The notes beneath the pieces were generated by a model, which saw only the letters and a program-made list of their open reading frames with translations, was not told the origin of the DNA and searched no databases. A DNA stretch of 63,708 nucleotides from Promethearchaeota archaeon (GTDB lineage Archaea; Asgardarchaeota; Lokiarchaeia; Sigyniarchaeales; SOKP01): NCBI GenBank assembly GCA_016839585.1, contig JAEOTZ010000033.1:1-63708 (forward strand), given 5' to 3'. This document shows, one piece after another, positions 10,705-22,050 of this stretch (its first letter is position 1; every line of letters starts with the position of its first letter). The position numbers were made by a program, and so were the translations under genes.

Positions 10705-12396
10705 ATGGCAAAAATTAATATTATCCCTGAAAAAATCCCTAATCAATTCATAGAAAGAAACCAATATGAAGATATCATCCTTTATGCTTTATCCCTTTAT
10801 GGTCCACTGAAACGTGAGGAATTTATAAATAATAAAGATAAGGGCATAATCAACAGAATGAACAAAAACACATTTCATAAATGGGCAAAAAAATTAAAAA
10901 ATAAGAATTATATAAATGTCTCTCGTGAAGGGAAGTATAGTATTTACATAATCACTAATTTAGGAGTAAAAGAGTTAGTAAAACGATTGAAATCATATAA
11001 TCTAGATATAAAAACTATTCTAAATTTAGAGCGGAAATCAATATCTAAAATAGTCAATTTGAATATTCAGTTTTTTAGAAATTTCGAAATAGAAAATGAA
11101 GATATTATGATTGAGTTTCTCAAACTTAAAAATGAAATAACAAGGGATAGATTAAAAAACTTTTCTGAAGAAAAATTTAATAGAGCAATCTTATACCTAA
11201 CCCTAAACCACCCTAAATTTTATGATTCTTATGGGCTCGTGAATATTTCAATTGATGATTTTATTAATAAATATGGTAGTGATATTTTATCAAAAGATGA
11301 ATTAAAATGGTTTCTTCACAGGATTAGTATGAAAAAAATTACAGAGATCTCATTCTACAAATTAAAGCTAGTAGAGAGGGGAATAAATTTATATTTTAGG
11401 TCAAGTGAGGTATTTGGTAACATTTTTGAAAAGTCTATTCAGTCAATACTTAGAGAGCATTATTACTTACAACATATACACAAAAATAAATTCCAAGAAC
11501 TCATTATTAATGAAGTATGTGAAGAAATTACAACTGATCTTATTAATAAATATAAATTTTTTCATAAAGACCTTGAACCCGCTTTATATGATACAATAAA
11601 ATATTATTTATTAACACTCTTAAAAGATCTTAAAAGAAAAGCGTTAATAAAGAGTTTTGACTTATATGAAATTCCCACTCTAATTTTAACATCTAAAATT
11701 TTCGATTTTGAAAGGTTGGATTATTTACAAAAAAGAACTTTATTCCATATTGAGGAAGCATATAATGCTAAATTACCCATTGACTATCGGGATAATATTA
11801 AGTATGCCAATAAATTCATTAAAAAAGCTTTAGATTTTAATAGAAATAATTTGTATAATTATGCCTTAAAAGCACAAATTTTACATCTTACAGGGGATTA
11901 TAATGGAGCATTAGAAACAATACATAAAGCTATTGAATTAGATCCTCAGGAAGCGAATTATTATTCAGATTACGCATTTTTTTTAAACTGGCAAAATAAA
12001 TACGAGGAAGCCTTAAATGCAATAAATAAAGCTATTGAATTAGAACCATATAATGCAGAACACTATTCAGATTTGTCAAGCATTTTCTGGTCTTTAAATC
12101 AACATGAACAAGCTTTAGAGGCTATAAATTTAGCTATAAAAAAAAACGTTCATAATATTAAGTATTATATAAAAAAGGCAAATTGTATAGCCTATGATTT
12201 ACATAGTTATAAAAATGCATTGATGGTGTTAGAAAATGCATTCCATCTTAAACCTAAAAAATTAGAGCTTCTTGAAATTTATAAAACCAAAGCAGGAATT
12301 TTGCTTAGTATGAAGGACCATGAAGCTGCACTCAAAATAATTAGAAAAACAAGACGTCTATATCCCAATAAAGAGATTTACCCAAATATACATTAA
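10705..12396 (+). CDS. Winged-helix + TPR repeat protein
   Basis: N-terminal wHTH (IILYAL...TFHKWAKKL...YIITNLG) and C-terminal TPR repeats (EEALNAINKAIELEP). Confidence 0.8.
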   Translation: MAKINIIPEKIPNQFIERNQYEDIILYALSLYGPLKREEFINNKDKGIINRMNKNTFHKWAKKLKNKNYINVSREGKYSIYIITNLGVKELVKRLKSYNLDIKTILNLERKSISKIVNLNIQFFRNFEIENEDIMIEFLKLKNEITRDRLKNFSEEKFNRAILYLTLNHPKFYDSYGLVNISIDDFINKYGSDILSKDELKWFLHRISMKKITEISFYKLKLVERGINLYFRSSEVFGNIFEKSIQSILREHYYLQHIHKNKFQELIINEVCEEITTDLINKYKFFHKDLEPALYDTIKYYLLTLLKDLKRKALIKSFDLYEIPTLILTSKIFDFERLDYLQKRTLFHIEEAYNAKLPIDYRDNIKYANKFIKKALDFNRNNLYNYALKAQILHLTGDYNGALETIHKAIELDPQEANYYSDYAFFLNWQNKYEEALNAINKAIELEPYNAEHYSDLSSIFWSLNQHEQALEAINLAIKKNVHNIKYYIKKANCIAYDLHSYKNALMVLENAFHLKPKKLELLEIYKTKAGILLSMKDHEAALKIIRKTRRLYPNKEIYPNIH

Positions 12397-12671
12397 AACC
12401 GTATTATTATCTGCCATTCAAAGCAATATTGGCAAAAGTTCAAAATTTTTCTTTATACATTTCCTTTAAGCAGTCTTCATACTTTTATGCTGCATAGTCC
12501 GACGCACTGGAAATATTAAAAAAAAAGTGTATTGTTATAATGATCATTATTAGTGCGGATGTATTTATGATGAAATGAGAGATTAGCATTATCTACACCA
12601 ATAAATAACTAAAGTATAAATTGAGAAGATTATTTCAAAAATTTAAATTAAATCCAAATGGAATATACTAT

Positions 12672-13583
12672 TTATTTTGTCGTTTCTGCTAATTTTAATA
12701 ATATTTTGTAGTATTTTCGTAAAGTAGGTTCAGTTACTTTTATTGCAATTGATATTTCTCTCTGAGATCTATGTTCTCCTTCTAATAGGCAAGCAGTGTA
12801 GATAGCTGCTCCTGCTATTCCAATAGGAGATTTACCAATAAGAAATCCATTTTTCTCCGCTAATTTCAATAATTCAGATGCTCGATTTTGAACTTTTCCC
12901 GAAATATTTAACTCTGCACAAAATCTAGCAACATAAATTATTGGTGAAGGCACTCCAATTTTTATGTCTAATTCTTTTGAGAGCAATCTAGAATATTTAG
13001 AGATTTTATTTTTTTGGATTGGTAATAGATCATTAAAATCATCAAAAGTCTTAGGAATATTATAAGATTTCCAAGAGATATAAATTGCTGCTAATAATAA
13101 TGCTTCAATAGATCTTCCTGCAGTTAATTTTTTATTAACAGCTTTCCTAAGGATATAAGCTGTCAATATTTTAGAATCTTTTGACATTTTTAACTGTGAA
13201 GCTAATCGATCTAATTGACTCATAGCATAAGCAAAATTTTTTTCTGCAGATTTAATCCTTCGAGTTCTTGTGTGCCATTTCCGTAAACGATGAAAATCTG
13301 ACATAGTTTGAGGGTTGATAGACTTCCCAAAAGCATCTCTATTTTTCCGATCTATTGTAGTACTTAATCCTTTATCATATAAAGTAAAGTTTATTGGGGG
13401 ACCTACTCTAATTTTATGTTTTGCTTCTTCAGAGGTAAATGCTCGCCATTCGGGACCAAGATCTATAATTCGCTGCCATAATACCAATCCGCATACATTA
13501 CAGACAATCTCACCCCGAATATTATCTGAAATTAGAACATTATTCCCACATTCTGGACATGTTTCTATTTTTCTCTTTACCAT
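12672..13583 (-). CDS. tfb: Transcription initiation factor TFB (accessory paralog)
   Basis: CPEC...CNVCG Zn ribbon, GPEWRAF B-reader and two cyclin repeats (GRSIEA, GKSPIGIAGAAIY). Confidence 0.95.
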   Translation of the reverse strand: MVKRKIETCPECGNNVLISDNIRGEIVCNVCGLVLWQRIIDLGPEWRAFTSEEAKHKIRVGPPINFTLYDKGLSTTIDRKNRDAFGKSINPQTMSDFHRLRKWHTRTRRIKSAEKNFAYAMSQLDRLASQLKMSKDSKILTAYILRKAVNKKLTAGRSIEALLLAAIYISWKSYNIPKTFDDFNDLLPIQKNKISKYSRLLSKELDIKIGVPSPIIYVARFCAELNISGKVQNRASELLKLAEKNGFLIGKSPIGIAGAAIYTACLLEGEHRSQREISIAIKVTEPTLRKYYKILLKLAETTK

Positions 13584-13987
13584 TCTTTTATATTCAATGA
13601 CTTTTGCATGAATTTTTTTAAATATTTAACTTTCAAATAAAAATTTAAGAGTTTCATTTATCAGAGGACTAATTATATCAAAAAGATCAAATTTCGTATT
13701 TTGCTGATTTCTGCTCGTATTATCGTCTCCTTGCCAGAGTTTAATTTCACTCTCTATTATAATGGGCATTCTTTTTAAACCTCTTTTTAAATCTTTTATA
13801 GATTATATATATCTGAATTATGAAGATTTGTTAATATCATAAATTTGTAAAAATTAAGATTTAAAAAGCCAATTAAAAATATGGAATTTCTGAGAAGAGA
13901 AATGCTTCTCTACTATAATTTTATCTTTTTTAATTTTTTTCCAAGGAAAATAAATATGTTAATATATAATCATTTTCGTGATTTAAA

Positions 13988-14803
13988 ATGAAGTCACGAC
14001 AAATTCTTTCATTGATTATTTTCTTTAGCATTTTAGGAAGTCTATGCATTTGGTTTTTGTATTATCTTAATTTTAGGATTATAATTAAAACCATGACAAC
14101 TATTGAAGGGAGTTTTGTAGTATTATCGGTTATATTAACTAGGATGATTATTTTACTAGTAATGGTAATCATAATGTTCTATAAATGGCAGAAATTAGAA
14201 ACACAATATCTTGACGACATGAAATTCTTATTTGGATTATTTTTCTTGGGATTAGTATTTGGAAAAGCTATAGACCTTCTTTATAACCTTACATGGTTTG
14301 ACTTAAACACAGTTACTTTACTCAATATAGTAAAGGTTAGGTTTATTTTAGTCTTTTTTTATTTATCACCATTATTCTACGGACTTCTGGAAATTCTACT
14401 CGTTTGGATGGCAGGTCGAAAAGAAGAGAAAAAGAAAAATACAAAATTAAACAAGGATAGTTACCGAAAGAAACTAAGATCCACATTAACATTATATATA
14501 ATTGCAATAGAGTTTTTTATAATTATTATTGCTCCAAATTCCACCATAATAGGCATTCTTTTGCCATGTATGGTAATTCCAACTTTATTTTTATGCGTTT
14601 TACTCTTTTATTTAGCCCATAGACTTCAAAAACTCTCAGAAATCAAGCCTCTTGTTGTAATGATTGGATTCCTTACATATTTAATATCAAATATAACTAG
14701 ACCTTCACTGCAAAACATTTTAGGAGAAACACCTTTATACATTCTAATCAGTGAAATCTTTGATCTAATCAACTTTTTTGTAATCTTTGCTGGACTTCTT
14801 TAA
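13988..14803 (+). CDS. Multi-pass membrane protein
   Basis: About 8-9 hydrophobic segments. Confidence 0.8.
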   Translation: MKSRQILSLIIFFSILGSLCIWFLYYLNFRIIIKTMTTIEGSFVVLSVILTRMIILLVMVIIMFYKWQKLETQYLDDMKFLFGLFFLGLVFGKAIDLLYNLTWFDLNTVTLLNIVKVRFILVFFYLSPLFYGLLEILLVWMAGRKEEKKKNTKLNKDSYRKKLRSTLTLYIIAIEFFIIIIAPNSTIIGILLPCMVIPTLFLCVLLFYLAHRLQKLSEIKPLVVMIGFLTYLISNITRPSLQNILGETPLYILISEIFDLINFFVIFAGLL

Positions 14804-15052
14804 AAGTAAATTTTATAGATATATTTTTCATTTTTTTTATTATTTAATATCCAATAAACCAAGAACAAAATATTTAACTTATTGTCTAGATAAGAAGCGT
14901 TGATAAACAAATCGAAATATTCTAAAATATATTTACGTCTTTAGATTATTTAAAGAAAAAGCTTTATCCTGAGTAATATTTCACAGAACTGTAAAATTTA
15001 TAAAATAGAAAAATCAACTATTATATTGGAACAAGGATAAAATTTTAACAAA

Positions 15053-15171
15053 GGCTCCTATCATCACCCTGGATTTTTGTCTTTTGTTAGTGTAAAAATT
15101 TACACTATGATTTCGCCCTCCTCTCCCTATTATATTTTTGACCTTATACTTAGGTCCTGATGACAGGAGCC
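15053..15171 (+). ncRNA. Candidate multibranched small RNA, copy B of the CCCUGGAUUUUU family
   Basis: Closing helix GGCTCCTATCATCA/TGATGACAGGAGCC (13/14); inner hairpins TAGTGTAAA/TTTACACTA and GACCT/AGGTC; single-stranded motifs shared with copies C and D; TTTATAAA at ~14997. Confidence 0.5.
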
Positions 15172-15420
15172 ATCTTTTTACTCAAAGGAAAAAAATAAAA
15201 AATCGAATTTCATGATATTATTGAATTTTCAATTACTTAATCAAAGACTTAATTGTTATTTTAAACTGATTTTTGTCTAATAGATTAATTATACTTCTCA
15301 CTTTCTTTATTTAAATTACAATTAAAGTCAAAGTAAAGTTCATAAAGATCTTCGTAGTTTAAATGAAAAAATTTCAAACTAAATTATTATTGGCACCCTA
15401 GAAGAGAAAAAGAATAGGAT

Positions 15421-15858
15421 TCAACTTAATATTTTCATTAACTCTTGATTTAGCAATTTTATAATATTTTTAATGAATTGACTAATATTGATAAAAATTG
15501 ATTTAAAAGTATTTCTAAGATACAAAACAGGGGATATTTTTAATTTTGTCAGCTCTAGCATCTCATATTTTTCTTCAATTTTAAAAAAATTATTAGGAAA
15601 AACTTGTAGCTCAAGAGAATTGTATTTAACTACATAATCAACTTCATAAGAACCCCTTGAAATATAATTTTTATCAACATAATTTAAGAAATTATGATTG
15701 CATATTACCCCTTTCTCTATTGAAACGCTTATTAATCCGCTACGAGCTTTTAATGTCAAAATCTCAGATAATTCTAAATATTTTTGGGTTTTACATACAG
15801 GGCATACTAATAGGATTTCCTTAGGGTCAAAACTCTTATTTTTATGAATTGAAATCAT
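15421..15858 (-). CDS. Small Zn-binding protein (CxxC...CxH)
   Basis: CPVC...GLISVSI...ICNHNF...VDKN..SRG pattern. Confidence 0.7.
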   Translation of the reverse strand: MISIHKNKSFDPKEILLVCPVCKTQKYLELSEILTLKARSGLISVSIEKGVICNHNFLNYVDKNYISRGSYEVDYVVKYNSLELQVFPNNFFKIEEKYEMLELTKLKISPVLYLRNTFKSIFINISQFIKNIIKLLNQELMKILS

Positions 15859-16495
15859 AGTATATATTTAATTTCTTATTTAAGTTTTTAACAGAAAGAG
15901 GGTGGTGATTTGTTAATACATTTGTTAATTATTCAAAACATTATAATTATCCTAATGCCCAAGTTTACTTTTTTTTCCTAAATTAAAAAGATTCCATACC
16001 CGAAAAGTAAATATAGTAAAATAATTAAGAGATATTAGCAACTGGGATGTATCTATTACAAATCTATTTGGGTATGAATTTTCAAAGACTAATGAAGCAA
16101 GTAAAACTTGATTCACAATTCCCCGGTAACCGGCCACCTATTCCCCTAGATAGGTAAAAATCATTTTCATTAAAAATTAGGGGGCTTTAAATCCACACCT
16201 TACATAAAAATTAAAATATTTTCTTTGAACATGCCGACACAATCCTCAGATTTCAACACCCAATTATGAGGATGAGCTAGGTGACGATTTATTGGGTTGG
16301 TGAAAATCTTAAAGAAAGTTTTGTCGATATTTCATTATAATCAATGTATTAGCAGATCTGGTATAATTTTTCTGCAAAACCTATCATTTAAATACATCTA
16401 ATGTGCACAATATTATAAGAATAAAAATTTCAGTCTAATAATTTTTCAAATAATAATTAAAATAATAAATTGATGTCTTTTTTCGGTTATTTCTA

Positions 16496-16663
16496 TGAAT
16501 TTAAAGCATGAAATCTTAGAAAATCTTCCCAATCCAAGATATATTGATAATCAGTCCATTCAATATGATTTGAATTAATTATTTTTTTTGACTAGTTTTT
16601 CCAAAATATTGAATTTAAAGCAGAGAAATTTTGAATTTAAAGCATCCAATCCAAGATATATTG
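16496..16663 (+). repeat. Short intergenic direct repeats
   Basis: TGAATTTAAAGCA x3 (16496, 16610, 16632) and CCAATCCAAGATATATTG x2 (16529, 16646). Confidence 0.75.
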
Positions 16664-17078
16664 TCTCTTTTTTTAATTGTATCTTAAAGTAACTGAATAA
16701 ATAATTGCTAATTTTAAGTGGCTACAAAACTTAGTAATAAGGTTTAAAAAATGATGAATAAGACATAAATGAAGATATTGATAGAATCAAAGTTATCTAT
16801 ATGCCTTAAATAACTCTATTTATTTCTAGTAGTTTTTTTACTAAACAAATTGTCTATTTTTCTTTTTATTAAATGAATTTATTTACTCTAATTAGATATA
16901 TTTTTCTTTGAATACAAATGATTTGCATTTTATTTATTAAATATGTAATAGATACTGATAAAAAATTTAATAATGTTTTTCAATTTATGTTTTATGACAA
17001 AAATATAATAAAATATTAAAAAGTTTTGAATAAATTTCACTATAAATCAAATTACAATGTTTTTACTTTATATAAGAA

Positions 17079-17894
17079 ATGCAGGTTCACGAGATTCGCA
17101 GGATAACAAATAAAATTAAAAGAAAATCGGAAATAGAGGCATTTATAGAATCAGAATTATTTATAAAAGAATTTCCGTTAGATTTAAAAGAGATTATATT
17201 AAAACAGATTAATGAATCTTTCGAAAAATTAAAAAAATCTTTATTTCAAGCACTAAAAATTATTCTATTAAAGTATTCAAATCAAGATTTGATATCAAAA
17301 ACAGCAGAATTCTTTCAAAAACCAATAAGTCAGAAACCTAAGCCTAAAAAAATATTTTTAACTGAGAAAGAAATTGATGATTTTGAACAATTAAAATCTG
17401 ATTTAAATGATTTTTTTTTAACAATAAAAGATTCATATGCACTTAAAGATCATCTAATTATCGGTTGGAATGAATTCTGTGTTAATCAAGGAATAACTCG
17501 TGAGATTCCTTTAAATCCAAAAATCATAAATATTTTTAAACTAAATGAAATTCCAGAAGAAGAATTCGATTCCCCAACTTACAACATTTTAGATCCAATT
17601 TATAATTTTTTTAATATTCTTGATAAAGAGGATATTGCGAGTTTATTAATTGGAAATTCAGTTTGGAAATTATCAATTGATTATTTTAATAAAATAACTC
17701 GTTATAAGGTTATGCCTCATAATGGAGCATTAATAATACTAACTTACTATGAAGGAATATTAGTAGTTATGAAAACATTGAGAATCTGTAAAAACATTCA
17801 AGATGTTAATACTTTAGCAAAAACATATTATAATATTTCACAATATGAAGAATGTATTAATTTTATAATAGAACCTTGGAGGGAGATATTTTAA
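17079..17894 (+). CDS. Hypothetical protein, gene 1 of the helicase operon
   Basis: 271-aa ORF abutting or overlapping the next gene. Confidence 0.75.
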   Translation: MQVHEIRRITNKIKRKSEIEAFIESELFIKEFPLDLKEIILKQINESFEKLKKSLFQALKIILLKYSNQDLISKTAEFFQKPISQKPKPKKIFLTEKEIDDFEQLKSDLNDFFLTIKDSYALKDHLIIGWNEFCVNQGITREIPLNPKIINIFKLNEIPEEEFDSPTYNILDPIYNFFNILDKEDIASLLIGNSVWKLSIDYFNKITRYKVMPHNGALIILTYYEGILVVMKTLRICKNIQDVNTLAKTYYNISQYEECINFIIEPWREIF

Positions 17895-19684
17895 TGTATA
17901 GATTTGATAATGTGCCACTTTCAATAACCTACCCATCTATAAGCCAAATAAAAGAATTTAAACCTTTTACACTAAAATATTCTCCAATTCTACAAATGGA
18001 GGAAATTGCCGAAAATTCTTGTTTAAGAACACCTTATCTAAGAATCTTAAAAGGTTATGACACTTATATCCCAAAAAATAATATTATAATTCCTTGGGAT
18101 TCAAGAGAAAATATTTATCATATGTATTCACATGATAGTAAAGTATTCGAAGAGATAATTCTTTGGATGATAAAATATTGTAATATTGAATTAGGGATAG
18201 AAGAAGAGGAATTTGAAAAAGAAATATGGGAAAACCGGATAAGAAATGAGATCAATGAAAAACATCATGCTATTTCTGATATAGTAATCGAGACATTTAA
18301 AAAATTTATACATTTTGAAGGCGGATTTGAAAAAATTAAAAATAACAAATTATTATTTAATACTTTTGCATTTTCACCTAATATTCCTGTCCCAAGAGAT
18401 ATCAATAATGTTCCTTATACTTTAAGGGAATATGTCAATGAAAAATTAATAAAACATCCAGAAATTAATTTTAAAAATATTCACCATTCTAAATATTTTA
18501 TAGATCCAAGAGCAGATCTTTTTCCTGCATGTGGAAGAGTTCCACTAATAGATTTAACAACAAAAAACATCATTTCCTTTAAATATTTATCCTTAAATTG
18601 GTTTAAGGATTATAATAGTGAAGTTGATATTGATTCTGCTTTTAAATTAGCTTATATATTTCCTGATTTATTTCATTTATGGTTATGGAGATATGCTGTA
18701 CAAAATTTACCAGATAATTTATCAGTAAATTTCAAATTAACTTATATGGACAAACAAATATTTAAAGCAAATAATTTTCCAGAAATTGAGAATTTTTCAG
18801 AATTTTTAAATTATTCTATAAATGTTATAACTCCCGATGGGATATTTAATGATACATTAATAAAGGATTTAGATATTAATATCTCAAAACTTCTAACAGA
18901 GAAGTTAATTGTTACTACATTAACAAATAGTAATAAACCATATCGAGCAAGAAAAATAGATGATATTTGTCCTTTTCATGATTTTAAAGAATATAATTTA
19001 TGTTGCCATCAATATTTCGGTTATAGACAATGTGTGATGAAGGATGTTATCAAATTTCCTCCAAGTAGATTTGAAAGAAATGTTGCTTTGTTTCAAAAAT
19101 TTCTTAGAAATGAATATAATCATTTATCAAAATATTACTACTGGTTGTATCTTACTATGAAAGCTGACGATATAGATCAATGTATTGAGCAAATCGATAT
19201 GTATATTGGGCAGATCTATCGAAATATTGATTTGAAATTAATATATCATGATAAATCACATGAATTTTTTGTACAAGACGCTCCTATTGATGCAGAACAC
19301 GTTACAATAATACCATGGTCTCCTTTTATTTATTCAGAAGATTGGAATCTTAAAGGTATAATAAGAAAAATTAATGAGAATGAATATCAATTTGAAAACA
19401 CAAACAGCTCTTTCATAAGAAATATAAATCTGCTATTATCTTATTTTCCACAGAATACTCCTTTAAATGTTATTCTAATGAAATCATTAGACGAAAAACC
19501 TTTACATCTGATTCAAAAAGAAAAAAGAGCTTTATGGAATATTGTGAAACATTGGCATGATAAAACTGAAGATGAAACAGATGATCAATTTGAAATAAGA
19601 AAAATGCAAGATAAATTAGAAAATAAATCTAAAAGAGCGGGAGTTGCTATATTTGGAGATAATGAGGTAAAATATTTAGAATAA
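17876..19684 (+). CDS. Cas4/Dna2-like Fe-S PD-(D/E)xK nuclease-fold protein, catalytic motif apparently degenerate
   Basis: N-terminal SCLRxxYL and distal CPF...CCH...C cysteines; GRVPLID...IISFK lies where GxxD...ExK is expected. Start may be ATG 17894. Confidence 0.45.
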   Translation: MEGDILMYRFDNVPLSITYPSISQIKEFKPFTLKYSPILQMEEIAENSCLRTPYLRILKGYDTYIPKNNIIIPWDSRENIYHMYSHDSKVFEEIILWMIKYCNIELGIEEEEFEKEIWENRIRNEINEKHHAISDIVIETFKKFIHFEGGFEKIKNNKLLFNTFAFSPNIPVPRDINNVPYTLREYVNEKLIKHPEINFKNIHHSKYFIDPRADLFPACGRVPLIDLTTKNIISFKYLSLNWFKDYNSEVDIDSAFKLAYIFPDLFHLWLWRYAVQNLPDNLSVNFKLTYMDKQIFKANNFPEIENFSEFLNYSINVITPDGIFNDTLIKDLDINISKLLTEKLIVTTLTNSNKPYRARKIDDICPFHDFKEYNLCCHQYFGYRQCVMKDVIKFPPSRFERNVALFQKFLRNEYNHLSKYYYWLYLTMKADDIDQCIEQIDMYIGQIYRNIDLKLIYHDKSHEFFVQDAPIDAEHVTIIPWSPFIYSEDWNLKGIIRKINENEYQFENTNSSFIRNINLLLSYFPQNTPLNVILMKSLDEKPLHLIQKEKRALWNIVKHWHDKTEDETDDQFEIRKMQDKLENKSKRAGVAIFGDNEVKYLE

Positions 19685-19695
19685 AAGGTTTAATT

Positions 19696-21330
19696 ATGTT
19701 AGATAAATATGGTAAAACAGATTTTCAGAGAAAGGTATCTGAAATAATAAAACAGAGACTTAATACAAGCTTCTTTAATAATTACCAAGAAAAAGCAATA
19801 AAAATAATTTGGGGGCTTTCAAAGGAACAAAGAAACCAAAAATCTCAAAAAAATAAAGAAAAAGATACTAGAAAGTATGAACAAAAAACCCTATTTCCAT
19901 TAAATCAAAAAGCTGAACCCGAACCAAATTTTGGTGTAATCCCAGAAAATCTTAAATTTGATCAAAATGTAATTATAAATTCACACCAATATTATTCATC
20001 TGCGGTTATAATTGGTCCACCTGGAACTGGAAAAACAATTGTTATTGTTAACGGAAGTTTATTATTTATTTCTGCTCCAGTATATCGCAGATCAATGCCA
20101 ATAGTTTATATTGGAACACCTACTAATGAATCAGCAAATCGTATATTGCAGGCATTTCATGAATTTTTTGAAAATAATGATATAGAGGATGGACATAAAT
20201 ATGTTAAGAGAGTCTTTCCCAAAAAAGCGAAAAACTTTTTTATATTACCATTAAAGGATTATATACTTGAAAATCCTCGTCCTCCAAATTATCTTCTAAA
20301 AGAATATCAATCGATGATCTCAATGGCTTGGATCTTTATAGGAACTGTATTCCAACTTCAATTATTATCCAAAAAATATTTCATTAATCCCCAAGTAATC
20401 CTTTATGATGAAGCCTCACAATTAACACCACCTGAGATGTATTTACCCTTTTTTTATGAGAATAATCTTTCACCTAATATCAGAGGCTCTTGTCTAGTAG
20501 GAGATAATTGTCAATTATCACCTATTACATCATTTACAGAATTAAGTACTAATGCTATAGATTTCGCAATTAGGAAGCTTCATTTTGGACAACAAAATGT
20601 TCCTATCAAAAGACAAATTATGCTTAGAAAGCAATATAGAATGCATCCAGCAATACGAGATTTATCAATGAAATTCGCTCCAGGGCGCCATATTATAAGA
20701 GATGGAGATAATACAAAACAAAGGTCACATCTATTACAAAATTTTAAAGAATATAATGGTAATTTTTCGAAAAAAATATATAATATCTTAAATCCTCAAA
20801 AGACAGTCGTAATTATTGATACTTCCAATATAGATGATGCGATTAATCAAAGAGTCGGAAGTTCTCGATATAATATTGGAGAAGTAAATATTGTTAGGGG
20901 TCTATTTAAACTAATTCAACACACTTATAATTTTGATGAATCTAATGAAGAATTTTTAAAATTAATTACACCATATAAGAATCAAGCTACACGATTAAAA
21001 TTGATCTATGAAAAAGCAGGCACAGCAGATAGTTTCCAAGGTCAAGAAGCAGATATTGTGCTAATTAGCTTAACATTAACTGATTGTGTTCCATCACCTC
21101 ACATAAGAGATAACCACCGACTGCATGTTATGTTTTCAAGAGCAAGAAAAAAAATGATAATTATTGGGAGAAAAAGCACTTTTGAATCACCCGAAACAAA
21201 TGCCCCCCATATTCGAGATATATTTTATTATAAATATAGTCCTTCAAATCGAAATACTGATTTAGGATATAAACCGGAATACATTATTTCTCTAAAAAAT
21301 GATTTTTATGATTTTTTATCAAAAATTTAA
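19696..21330 (+). CDS. Superfamily 1B (Upf1/Dna2-like) helicase
   Basis: GPPGTGKT, TPTN, DEASQ, LVGDxxQLxP, QYRMHPAI, ITPY, TADSFQGQEADIV and SRAR motifs. Confidence 0.93.
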   Translation: MLDKYGKTDFQRKVSEIIKQRLNTSFFNNYQEKAIKIIWGLSKEQRNQKSQKNKEKDTRKYEQKTLFPLNQKAEPEPNFGVIPENLKFDQNVIINSHQYYSSAVIIGPPGTGKTIVIVNGSLLFISAPVYRRSMPIVYIGTPTNESANRILQAFHEFFENNDIEDGHKYVKRVFPKKAKNFFILPLKDYILENPRPPNYLLKEYQSMISMAWIFIGTVFQLQLLSKKYFINPQVILYDEASQLTPPEMYLPFFYENNLSPNIRGSCLVGDNCQLSPITSFTELSTNAIDFAIRKLHFGQQNVPIKRQIMLRKQYRMHPAIRDLSMKFAPGRHIIRDGDNTKQRSHLLQNFKEYNGNFSKKIYNILNPQKTVVIIDTSNIDDAINQRVGSSRYNIGEVNIVRGLFKLIQHTYNFDESNEEFLKLITPYKNQATRLKLIYEKAGTADSFQGQEADIVLISLTLTDCVPSPHIRDNHRLHVMFSRARKKMIIIGRKSTFESPETNAPHIRDIFYYKYSPSNRNTDLGYKPEYIISLKNDFYDFLSKI

Positions 21331-21348
21331 AAAAAAGGAGGTAATATT

Positions 21349-22050
21349 ATGCCCTCATATAAATTATATAGAATTAAACCTGATTTTAATATTAAAACTT
21401 ACATTTCAAATAATTGGATAGAGGATGCTGTTTTACCTAAAGGATTATCGGAAAACATAAAGAGAAAATTTAATCAAATTAAAAAAAATATTCAAAAATC
21501 ATCAGTTTCTCAGGATGATTCCTTAAAATTAGGATATAAAGCAAAATTAAACTGTGAACATAAGTTAGTTTTTGGTAGTCAAGAAATTTGGATTCCAAAA
21601 TCTATTGAAATAATAAAAAATGAAGATTTGCTTCTCATTCAAAAATTATCCTCTAATATAAACATGGTAATTGAAAGATCATTAGATATTAATATTGTTC
21701 CAATATCTTTTCCTGAAAAGGATTTACTAGGTTTATGGAGAAAATTGAAAAAAAGTGTTGAAAATGATGGAAAACATATTTCTTTACATAGACTAATTAT
21801 TGAAAAAACTTTTTTGGAATCTGATGAAATAAATGAATTGAATATCAGTACTAGCGATGTTTCACAATTGGGATATTTTAAAGATTTAACTTCCAATGCA
21901 AAAAAAATTAAAGTTATAACTATACGAATTAAAGGATTAGCAGAATCAAAGAAAGTTTTTACTGTTAGAATTGCACGTAATCAGATGCAAATCTATGGAA
22001 CTCATCCAACATCGACAATAATTAAATTTTTAGAATACTTTCAAAAATAA
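21349..22050 (+). CDS. Hypothetical protein, gene 4 of the helicase operon
   Basis: 233-aa ORF with a strong GGAGGT SD. Confidence 0.8.
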   Translation: MPSYKLYRIKPDFNIKTYISNNWIEDAVLPKGLSENIKRKFNQIKKNIQKSSVSQDDSLKLGYKAKLNCEHKLVFGSQEIWIPKSIEIIKNEDLLLIQKLSSNINMVIERSLDINIVPISFPEKDLLGLWRKLKKSVENDGKHISLHRLIIEKTFLESDEINELNISTSDVSQLGYFKDLTSNAKKIKVITIRIKGLAESKKVFTVRIARNQMQIYGTHPTSTIIKFLEYFQK

